The translations under genes and the position numbers were made by a program. From contig CAZCHS010000004.1 in assembly GCA_964498725.1 (NCBI GenBank), positions 26,876 to 90,875 on the forward strand: DNA of 64,000 bases, in the 5' to 3' direction. This stretch comes from an uncultured bacterium. GTDB lineage: Bacteria > Fidelibacterota > UBA2242 > JAFGTP01. Each line of letters begins with the position of its first letter. Position 1 is the stretch's first letter. This document shows positions 16,618-24,411 of the stretch, in pieces. The notes under the pieces are model-generated. The model worked only from the letters and a program-made list of their open reading frames with translations. It was not told the origin of the DNA and made no database searches.

Positions 16618-19600
16618 TTAGTAGGTATCCAGACGTTCGTTTGGAGCAAAGATCGCGAGTTTGCCGATTTTTTCGCCAACTTTTGGAATATCCACATGAT
16701 AAACATAGATACCACTGGCGACTGGCAACCCATACTCATTGCTCAAATCCCACTGGGTCAGCGTGGTGGTGGGATCGTCTTTTTGGATTTTTTTGATCTG
16801 ATTTCCGGCCAGATCAAAAATTCTGATCGTACATTTTTCAGGCAGGTTCGTAAACTGTACCCAACGCTGGAAAATATTCATTTCACCGGAATGATAGCCG
16901 TAATATGGGTTTGGTACAACTTTGATATTGTTAATATCATCCTTTTTATGGTTGGTGGAATCAGTGGCGGCCTTCGGCGCTTCAAAGGTGTAATAATCAT
17001 TTTCACTATTTGGTTTAGCTGAATTCCATCGGACAACTGTTCCTGGCGCCGGCGGTTTACCCCAAATACCACCTGATCCCGGTGACCAGAGATCATAGTA
17101 CATTGAAAAAACAATCCTGCCAACAGAATGCCCGGAATCCCATAAAGACCCCCAGAAAATATTATTTAAAACATTATCGCCGCCATCGGCTGTGAGTTCT
17201 TCTTCATCATAGGGATAATTACAGATATAGAGACGTTCCCAACCGCTCAGAGCGCCGCCAACATAGGAACCTTCTCTTTCCTGGCTCCAGTACCAATCAT
17301 TGTCATCATCAATAATTCCGGCAATTACCTGTGTTTTTTCTCCGGATGGTGTAATTTTCCATACTCTGAAAGGCAAGCGGCCATTGGTTTTGTGGATTGT
17401 TTCAGCACCACCCAAAGTATCAGCTTCTTTCCAGCCATTGACGAACCAATCGCCATTAGCCGAACCTGCTTCACTGGCCCAGGCATTAAAAATCAACTGA
17501 CCTTCGGTTTCAGGATTTTCGACAAATTCAATAACAATATCATTCGGTGTGGTATTTCCACGCCAATCCCATTGTGTTAGTTGCGTTACCGGATCACCGA
17601 CAGCAGCACCATCGGCAGCAACAATAAATGCCGGCCTCCCCCCCTCATAATGGTCCGGAGCATTTAAACTGGAAATAAGATTGTCATCCATGACTTCATT
17701 CCAGTCACTCGGGCTGACCTGTACAAGTTCAACGATACTTGGGGGTGCGCCAGCCACTTTTACCATCAGACCATCGGTAATATTATAGGCCTCATCATTT
17801 CTTTGGTTGCGCTGATGACTTAACAAAGTATCATTTTCAGTCTGGTCATACAAGTACCATTCTGATTCATTGTTTTCATAAAAACCAACCTTATATTCAT
17901 GGCCGCTTAATTTTAACGGGTCCACAACGAGTGCTGTCATACTTCCCTGGCTTTCCGGTTTTGTTGTATCTTTTCTCATATGAACAACAGGAATAGTATC
18001 ACCAAAGGAGGCATAGGTTCTGATACCCAGACGGCTTTGCGGTGTTACCCTGACAATTGTGGGAGCACTTTCAAGTATTTTCGGCGCACCGTATTCACAA
18101 TAGCCTTCGGCAACCACTCCGAAATAATATTCTTTACCATTCACAAGCATGTTGCCGACATTTCCAACCGTTCCATTTGTGTTTTGTGTAATTCTGATCA
18201 TCCTGTTGCCGGTATAGGGAGATGCATCAGAAGCGTCATCCACCTGCCATTGGTCTATCAATACAGGATCAGCACCACTAGCATCGGAATACTGATATAC
18301 CGAATAGCCAAGAAAATTATAGGTGGAATCTAAAATAACTTTTTCCATATTATCCATAATTACAGTATCGCCATAGGCTTTGGCAACGATCGGGTCAGTT
18401 GAAGAATAAAAAGTTCCGTCTTCATTATATTCAGAGTTTCCGGTCCAGTTCAGAATAATTTCCTGGGATTTTTCACTGTATTCGATTTCCGGTGATTTCG
18501 GATTTTTCGCCAATTTAAAATTAACATCATAAGCCAGTTGTGCCAGACGGTCAACTTCTTTCAATTTCTGAACACTATTTAGATTATCAGTTCCACGAGC
18601 CATAATATATCCGGCAACAATCACTTGTACACCCGGTTCGCCAAAATCAGGAATGCCATTCATATTCAGGTCCCGATTTGGATTATTGGCTTCCCAGTAT
18701 GTCATGTCAAAGGGCCCGGTTGTCATAATAAACCGTCTGTCATCTTCATTGGAATCATTCCATCCGCTACCGGTTATGGGGTCACCACTAAACATAAAAT
18801 TGGCCGGTTCGGCATTCGGGTCAGTGCCAACGCCGCCCTCAGTGATTTTATTGCCGTCACGCCAGATAGCCCGCATATAATTATAGGCGTCCTGCCCGTT
18901 ATCGGGATTGCCGTTTGTGGGATCATCATTGTTATTATAATAAACAAAAGAAGTCATTTTTAACTTTTTCTTGTCATATAATACGGTTCCATCAGGAAGA
19001 ACAACTTCAGCGCCCTCTTCATCAACAATTGGCCCCTGAAAAAAATCAATTCCGGCAGCCGGTGGCGCAGAGCCATAATTCTGATCATCATTATCAGCAT
19101 TATAGCAGTATCCCAGTCCTAATAAGGTATCACAACCAACAAAATCATCAGTGGCATCACCAATGTCAGGATCGGTCCAGATTGTAAAATACGAATCCTT
19201 CCAATCAGTACCGCTCTTATTGGCAATCGTCCATTTGGTGAACATCATATCACCAAGCGCATCAGCCCGGTTGTAAGCCCAAACATATTGCCTGATTTCC
19301 GCATTTAATCTGTTGGTTTTAAACATTGTGTGATTAGCGAGGTCATTCCACACACAAAAGGCGGAAAAATCACCCAGCATCATCGGTTTTCCCTCTTCAT
19401 CAACGGGTGCTCCCTGTTCCACCGGCCAACTGGACCAATCCCCCACATTGGATGGCCTTAAAACATACCACCTGTAATCAGGATCATTGGGATTTGCCGG
19501 TTCATCAGGTGCGATAATTTCACCGGGTTGAAATTCTGTGGCATCATGAATCACACCAGCGATTCTTACTTCACCGTCAACACGGGCACCCAGCCACTGA

Positions 19601-19851
19601 CCGGCGCCAAACATAGGACTTAATCCGGAACCCTTTGGCCATTCCAGTCCCCAATTACTTGCCGGTACATCATGAAACCAGATGCCATTATTACGTAAAA
19701 ATCCATTTAGCCGGTTGGCGTCCATCCAGATGTCACTGGTCATGGCTGTTTTCGCCAAGGGGCCAATTTTTTTATTGTTATTTTTTTCTCCCATCAAAAA
19801 ACTTGATAACAGAAAAACCATTAATAAGGTATATACTATAATTTTTCTCAT
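16618..19851 (-). CDS. 1077-aa secreted protein of unknown function with T9SS-type C-terminal sorting domain
   Basis: Signal peptide without a lipobox. The C-terminal ~95 aa (KVVPNPYYGY...CTIRIFDLAGNQIKKI...WDLSNEYGLPVASGIYVYHVDIP..GKLAIF) fit the T9SS CTD / FlgD-Ig-like pattern. I recognise no catalytic motif in the body. GGAGG RBS. Confidence 0.6.
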   Translation of the reverse strand: MRKIIVYTLLMVFLLSSFLMGEKNNNKKIGPLAKTAMTSDIWMDANRLNGFLRNNGIWFHDVPASNWGLEWPKGSGLSPMFGAGQWLGARVDGEVRIAGVIHDATEFQPGEIIAPDEPANPNDPDYRWYVLRPSNVGDWSSWPVEQGAPVDEEGKPMMLGDFSAFCVWNDLANHTMFKTNRLNAEIRQYVWAYNRADALGDMMFTKWTIANKSGTDWKDSYFTIWTDPDIGDATDDFVGCDTLLGLGYCYNADNDDQNYGSAPPAAGIDFFQGPIVDEEGAEVVLPDGTVLYDKKKLKMTSFVYYNNNDDPTNGNPDNGQDAYNYMRAIWRDGNKITEGGVGTDPNAEPANFMFSGDPITGSGWNDSNEDDRRFIMTTGPFDMTYWEANNPNRDLNMNGIPDFGEPGVQVIVAGYIMARGTDNLNSVQKLKEVDRLAQLAYDVNFKLAKNPKSPEIEYSEKSQEIILNWTGNSEYNEDGTFYSSTDPIVAKAYGDTVIMDNMEKVILDSTYNFLGYSVYQYSDASGADPVLIDQWQVDDASDASPYTGNRMIRITQNTNGTVGNVGNMLVNGKEYYFGVVAEGYCEYGAPKILESAPTIVRVTPQSRLGIRTYASFGDTIPVVHMRKDTTKPESQGSMTALVVDPLKLSGHEYKVGFYENNESEWYLYDQTENDTLLSHQRNQRNDEAYNITDGLMVKVAGAPPSIVELVQVSPSDWNEVMDDNLISSLNAPDHYEGGRPAFIVAADGAAVGDPVTQLTQWDWRGNTTPNDIVIEFVENPETEGQLIFNAWASEAGSANGDWFVNGWKEADTLGGAETIHKTNGRLPFRVWKITPSGEKTQVIAGIIDDDNDWYWSQEREGSYVGGALSGWERLYICNYPYDEEELTADGGDNVLNNIFWGSLWDSGHSVGRIVFSMYYDLWSPGSGGIWGKPPAPGTVVRWNSAKPNSENDYYTFEAPKAATDSTNHKKDDINNIKVVPNPYYGYHSGEMNIFQRWVQFTNLPEKCTIRIFDLAGNQIKKIQKDDPTTTLTQWDLSNEYGLPVASGIYVYHVDIPKVGEKIGKLAIFAPNERLDTY

Positions 19852-19883
19852 AAATTTTCCTCCAATCCAAAATTGAACATTTA

Positions 19884-22800
19884 TTATAATTCCAGACGCA
19901 AGCCAAGTCGAATTTGTCTTGGAGTTGCATAATTACTGTAGTCCCATGCTCTCATTTTGTACTGTTTCTTTTCAACTTCTGTTAGATTATTCCAGTATAC
20001 TTTGCCGGGATTGGTGCCCAGATAGCCGGTACTATTGGGTGTTCCGGTTGTTATGTATACATTTTTCACATTTTCTTTATTCAGCAGGTTCAGAACTGTT
20101 ACATAGGCGGTCATTTTTACAGGTCCGACAGTAAACCGTTTATCAACCTTCAAATCCATTTGCTGCATCCATGGTGTTCTTTCCGCGCCCACAGCTGAAA
20201 GCGGTGTCTCGGAAATGCCTTCATTATCATTCCGGCCGCCAAAAGGCTGTGTATTTGCAATTTTGGCTAAGGTATAGGGATTACCTGAATTGAATGAGAA
20301 CATCATGTTAACACCGGCATTGTTCAGCAAATTAACCGGAGCATCATCAGGGCCATATCGATAATCCAAAACAATGCTACCGCGATGACGCTGTTCAAAG
20401 TCAAGGGGCATTGCAAATTTTGGAAAATTTCCATCTTTGGACCCATCCTGCCAGGCAATATCAAAATTAGAATCAGCATTGGAGCCGGTTCCTTTGGCAA
20501 TTTGAAATTCATAATTTGCATTGATGGACAGATTGTTAAATCTGCGCATGTTAAAAATCACATCAAAACCCTTGATCGTACCAAAATCGCCATTATCCGT
20601 AAAAGCAATTTCAGTCGCGTCAGTCAGATGTGGAAATACCAGGATCAGATCTTCGGTTTCCTTGAAGAAGGTGGTTAACTGCAAGGAAGCATTTTGTCCC
20701 AGCATTTGTTTAAACCCAATTTCATAGGAAGTTGTTTTTGGCGGTCTCAGATTAGGATTGTCAATGGTTGTAAAATAACCGCCACTGGAAACATAAGTGT
20801 TTAGATAAAAGGGACTCAAATACAAATCCCGTAATTGCGGTGCTTGATAGAATATACCATACTGTGTATGAAACACAGTACTTTCAGTGATCGGAAACGA
20901 AAAACCAAATCGCGGACTAATGTAATCATAAGCTTCGGAAGGTTCTGTATCTTCTTTATCAAACTGGCCGTTTCCGCCAAACATGCCACTACCTGGAATG
21001 TAGTTACCATCTTTATCAACTCGCTTGTCAATCTCTTTGAACATCCAGGCATTTGGATCAATCCTGTCATAACGAAAACCAACATTCACAATTATATTTT
21101 CATACTCGATCTTATCCTGAAGATAGCCGCTGATGATGATTGGATGATAAGGTTCCTGTTCATTAAAACCGGAAATTGGATTGCCGGCTTCATCACGAAC
21201 CACGTCATCAAGAAAACTTTTTCCGTCGCCTACTTCTTTGCCGTCAATATCATAGCCATAAAACCGAATATCTGTGGATTGATATTTTTCCAGTTCCGTA
21301 CCATATTCTCTGGCATAGCTTTCCGGTGCCAGGGCACGATACTCTCGTAATGTATGATACTTATATTCAAAACCGGTCTTAAAGGTATGATTTTCATTAT
21401 ACTGATGGGTTAAATCAAAATCAATTGCCCAATAGGTTGTTCTGTTTTTAAAATAATCATTAAAGGGCACACCAGGCGCAAAAAAGTCAGGCTCCAGTGT
21501 TCCATTGAAACGGGTCCCTTCAAAAGTATTTAACCCCCGGTAATATCTTTCATTGTAAAGTTCCTCTAATTCCGGATCACCAACATAGAAAATATTTTGT
21601 TCCGGATAGGGTTGTTCAGCCGCACTACCATATTTTGTCAGATCATCACCAAATTTCCTGTCATAATGTTTTCGCTCAGTATCAAAGTATTTTAATCGAA
21701 AATCATAAAATGTGGTGTTGGAAATTGTATGGGTCAAAGCTGTATTCAATGACAATGTATTGGATGACATTGTGGGAGCGTGGGCCTGATTGAAAAAATA
21801 CTGCCTGTGCATGGCGTCATCATTGAAAGGATCTGAAGAAAATTCACGCACTGTTTTGGCAAACCCGGTTTTCAGAGCCATGTTATCAGTGAATTGTAAT
21901 TTGAATTTTCCATTCCAGGCCCAGACATCATTAAAATTACCGGGAATTCTACCATTAAAATTAAATTTATGAGTACCCAGATCCAATGTATCGCGTTCAG
22001 TATAGGTGATCAACGATGTGTCCATCTGTCCCATCTCATCATTATAAGCAATGCGGATGCTGTCGAATTCATTGTCATAGGTAAACATCTGGTCATAAGT
22101 TCTGGATTCCAGTCGATAAGGGTTTTCAGCCCAGCCGTAAGATGGTGTCCAGTCGGCCTGATATTGTCTTGTACCACTGACAAAGAAAGTGTGGTTCTTA
22201 CCGGGGATAATGGGGCCACTCAAAGTCGCCACGTATTCATTGTGTCCATAAGAATAAGCGCCCAAAATTTTATCATCAGCGCTTAAAAATTCATCGGTGT
22301 CAAAGGACAGGGATGTCTTATACTCTTTAGTACCAACATTGGTTGTCAAGGCGACAATTCCGGACATGGCATCACCATACTCAGCATTGAAACCACCGGT
22401 CTGAACACTCATTTCTTCTATGGCTTCGTTGGGCAGGTAGAGCCGGACAGCACTGTTATAGGGGTCATTCACCAAAACACCGTCAATATATACAGCTGTT
22501 TCTGCTGCGCGGCCGCCACGAACATTCATATCATTGGAGTTAGCCGTTTTGACCACACCGGCTGTGGCGGCGGCAATTTCCTGCATGCCTCTGACAGGAA
22601 GATTTGAAATATCTTCTGCTGTTTTAATCACATTGGTGTTTGTTTCATCTTTCCTGATAATTTTTCTATGGGCAGTAACAAGAACTTCTTCCATATCCAA
22701 AGCGCTTTGTTCCATTTCCAGGTTAATTTCAGTTGTCAAGTCCAATGATACATGAAGATTTTTCATTACGATGGTTTTTTTACCCATATAGGATACTTTC

Positions 22801-23024
22801 AGAGTGTATTCTCCTACCGGCACATTCAGTATCGAATAGTAACCATCCGTGTTGGTCGCGGCACCTGTATTAATGCCATTCCCAGTTACAACAATATTTA
22901 CTCCCGGTAATGGTTCACCGGTTTCTTTATCTGTCACTATTCCTGCGATCTTACCGGTTGTACCGGCAAACAGTACAAAGGGTAGTAAAATGGTTAATAA
23001 CCATAAAATGACGTTTCTTGTCAT
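19884..23024 (-). CDS. TonB-dependent receptor, SusC-sized, with carboxypeptidase-regulatory-like N-terminal domain
   Basis: Signal peptide. GKIAGIVTDKETGEPLPGVNIVVTG..TDGYYSILNVPVGEYTLKVSYMG is a CarboxypepD_reg-like domain. A plug region follows (VLVTA...NVIKTAEDISNLPVRGMQEI), then a long beta-barrel-like body. AAGGAGG RBS. Confidence 0.8.
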   Translation of the reverse strand: MTRNVILWLLTILLPFVLFAGTTGKIAGIVTDKETGEPLPGVNIVVTGNGINTGAATNTDGYYSILNVPVGEYTLKVSYMGKKTIVMKNLHVSLDLTTEINLEMEQSALDMEEVLVTAHRKIIRKDETNTNVIKTAEDISNLPVRGMQEIAAATAGVVKTANSNDMNVRGGRAAETAVYIDGVLVNDPYNSAVRLYLPNEAIEEMSVQTGGFNAEYGDAMSGIVALTTNVGTKEYKTSLSFDTDEFLSADDKILGAYSYGHNEYVATLSGPIIPGKNHTFFVSGTRQYQADWTPSYGWAENPYRLESRTYDQMFTYDNEFDSIRIAYNDEMGQMDTSLITYTERDTLDLGTHKFNFNGRIPGNFNDVWAWNGKFKLQFTDNMALKTGFAKTVREFSSDPFNDDAMHRQYFFNQAHAPTMSSNTLSLNTALTHTISNTTFYDFRLKYFDTERKHYDRKFGDDLTKYGSAAEQPYPEQNIFYVGDPELEELYNERYYRGLNTFEGTRFNGTLEPDFFAPGVPFNDYFKNRTTYWAIDFDLTHQYNENHTFKTGFEYKYHTLREYRALAPESYAREYGTELEKYQSTDIRFYGYDIDGKEVGDGKSFLDDVVRDEAGNPISGFNEQEPYHPIIISGYLQDKIEYENIIVNVGFRYDRIDPNAWMFKEIDKRVDKDGNYIPGSGMFGGNGQFDKEDTEPSEAYDYISPRFGFSFPITESTVFHTQYGIFYQAPQLRDLYLSPFYLNTYVSSGGYFTTIDNPNLRPPKTTSYEIGFKQMLGQNASLQLTTFFKETEDLILVFPHLTDATEIAFTDNGDFGTIKGFDVIFNMRRFNNLSINANYEFQIAKGTGSNADSNFDIAWQDGSKDGNFPKFAMPLDFEQRHRGSIVLDYRYGPDDAPVNLLNNAGVNMMFSFNSGNPYTLAKIANTQPFGGRNDNEGISETPLSAVGAERTPWMQQMDLKVDKRFTVGPVKMTAYVTVLNLLNKENVKNVYITTGTPNSTGYLGTNPGKVYWNNLTEVEKKQYKMRAWDYSNYATPRQIRLGLRLEL

Positions 23025-23115
23025 AGTTCCTCCTTTTTTAAACCTATTTCATTATTTTTCGATTAATGACTAAGAGAAGTATGTATCCCCCTTCCACTAA
23101 TCCCAGGTCTACATT

Positions 23116-23131
23116 TTCAATACATGTACCA
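23116..23131 (-). promoter_or_regulatory. candidate sigma54 (-24/-12) promoter of the TonB-receptor operon
   Basis: The minus strand reads TGGTAC-ATGTA-TTGAA (consensus TGGCAC-N5-TTGCW), about 90 nt upstream of ATG 23024. The GG and TTG spacing is exact. The -12 C is replaced by A. Confidence 0.35.
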
Positions 23132-23434
23132 AAGGGAAAATATTCTTCATTTCACATTAAAATATCATAAAACAAATATCCCAAATTCATGAAAATAATG
23201 ATATTACCTCTTAATTTCTGATATTTAGGAAATACTAAAAAAAAGCCTTCAAATCGGATATTTAAGAAGTTTACTATATTTAGGATATAGCAACTCCGGT
23301 TTATTGGTAATATTATTTTTTTATCATTATCAGGTTTTTTCATTAATCTGTGAAAGAGATAATTGAAAAAGATGGTCAGCTGAATTTTGGAAACAAGTGT
23401 TATTGACTGAAAAAAGTCCATAATCCGGGGCACT

Positions 23435-23494
23435 AAAAAGAAAAAGGAAAGCTTTTATAATAGCTTTCCTTTTTCTAAGGATTAGTATGGTACC
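23435..23494 (-). ncRNA. candidate small RNA, copy 1 (conserved 5' GUACCAUACUAAUCCU + intrinsic terminator)
   Basis: An orphan terminator hairpin (GGAAAGCT/AGCTTTCC, 23446-23469) with a T-tract on the minus strand and no gene to terminate. It lies downstream of a sigma54-like box. A 28-nt block is conserved with copy 2 at 1 mismatch, while the terminator stems differ in sequence but both still pair. Ends are estimated, not mapped. Confidence 0.4.
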
Positions 23495-23504
23495 CTATTT
23501 TTAA

Positions 23505-23520
23505 GTCAATATAAATGCCA
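23505..23520 (-). promoter_or_regulatory. candidate sigma54 promoter of sRNA copy 1
   Basis: The minus strand reads TGGCAT-TTATA-TTGAC. The spacing to the conserved GTACC block fits a start about 12 nt downstream. Confidence 0.4.
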
Positions 23521-23612
23521 AACACTTCTAATAACATCAATTAATTCCTTTTTTCTGGTAAATAACTCGTCATGTTTTTATAATTACCGATACCTGGTGA
23601 ATATTCAGGAAT

Positions 23613-23628
23613 TGGTGTTGAAATTGTC
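23613..23628 (+). promoter_or_regulatory. weak sigma54-like box upstream of the lipoprotein gene
   Basis: TGGTGT-TGAAA-TTGTC on the + strand, about 40 nt before ATG 23670. Weaker match in the -24 half. Confidence 0.2.
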
Positions 23629-23669
23629 AAAAAAATTTAAAAAATAATATAATTTCAGGAGGAATATTT

Positions 23670-24239
23670 ATGAAAAATTTATTAAAAATATCATTTGTCC
23701 TTTCGTTGCTTTTTATGTTCAATTGCACCGGAACCATTAAGCCTCTGGGCTATTTTTCCCTCTACCCTTATTCAAATCCCGCTGCAAATCAAAATCATAC
23801 CACTTTAAATATACTTTTAGGCGATGATGTCAAAAATGATTTCTCAGTAAAATCAACCGGCATAAAAGAAATGCAGGTAAGGGATTTTCGTAAATCTGTG
23901 GAATCCAGTCTTATCAATACCTTTCAAGAAAACTATAAAAATATACGGGTGTGTGAAACAATATCTGGGCAGGGATTAACATTAACCGTCTACCGGATCA
24001 GACCTTTCTGGAAACTTGAAGATATATTCACCCCTTCAGAAACATTAAAGGAACGATATGTTGTCTCTGCCGGCTTTCAGATTGACGCCGCATTATTTCT
24101 TAATGGCAAAAAAATCAAAAGTGTTGTTGACACGATTTACAGTGATGAGAAAATGACAAATACTCACCAGGCCCATAATATTTTTAAAAATGGTTTTGAA
24201 AAAGTCTGTGAAACAATTAACCACCGTCTATTTATTTAA
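23670..24239 (+). CDS. hypothetical lipoprotein (189 aa)
   Basis: Signal peptide with lipobox (LLFMFNCTG). AGGAGG RBS. No recognisable domain. Confidence 0.6.
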   Translation: MKNLLKISFVLSLLFMFNCTGTIKPLGYFSLYPYSNPAANQNHTTLNILLGDDVKNDFSVKSTGIKEMQVRDFRKSVESSLINTFQENYKNIRVCETISGQGLTLTVYRIRPFWKLEDIFTPSETLKERYVVSAGFQIDAALFLNGKKIKSVVDTIYSDEKMTNTHQAHNIFKNGFEKVCETINHRLFI

Positions 24240-24280
24240 ATAGTTAAACTAATCCTGCAAAATTCATAACTAATCAGGTT

Positions 24281-24345
24281 AAAAAAAAGAAAAAGGAAGT
24301 CGCTGGCGCGGTCTTCCTTTTTCTCAGGATTAGTATGGTACGTGT
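24281..24345 (-). ncRNA. candidate small RNA, copy 2
   Basis: Same architecture as copy 1: sigma54-like box, GTACCATACTAATCCTGAGAAAAAGGAAG, a GC-rich hairpin (24295-24317) and a T-tract. It begins about 40 nt downstream of the stop of the sigma54 activator gene, on the same strand. Ends are estimated. Confidence 0.4.
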
Positions 24346-24355
24346 ATATTTTGTA

Positions 24356-24371
24356 TTCAATAAAAATGCCA
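24356..24371 (-). promoter_or_regulatory. candidate sigma54 promoter of sRNA copy 2
   Basis: The minus strand reads TGGCAT-TTTTA-TTGAA. Confidence 0.4.
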
Positions 24372-24411
24372 AAATTTCAGATTATGGCTGTTTTTAAATA
24401 ACTTCTTCTCT

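Noticed and set aside
20835-21350. Long antisense ORFs inside large genes: 20835..21350 in the TonB receptor, 53134..53775 in ligA, 58666..59256 in the DUF4954-like gene, 61964..62680 and 62738..63277 in the acyl-CoA synthetase gene, and 51288..51782 across NfeD/SPFH.
   Set aside because: Each lies fully within a gene that has strong family motifs on the other strand. Their translations show no motifs and have odd composition.
23152-23433. ORF of 93 aa on the minus strand between the TonB-receptor operon and sRNA copy 1.
   Set aside because: It is an AT-rich, low-complexity, Ile/Phe/Asn/Lys-rich translation with no RBS. It starts immediately after a terminator T-tract and overlaps the putative upstream activating region. 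It is most likely non-coding.
23478-23504. The conserved block AGGATTAGTATGG on the + strand looks like an RBS (AGGA) plus ATG, so it could be a tiny ORF. The same applies at 24324-24390.
   Set aside because: The two copies would encode MVPYF-stop and MVRVYFVFNKNAKISDYGCF-stop. Conservation ends at the third codon, so the conserved signal is at nucleotide level, not coding.
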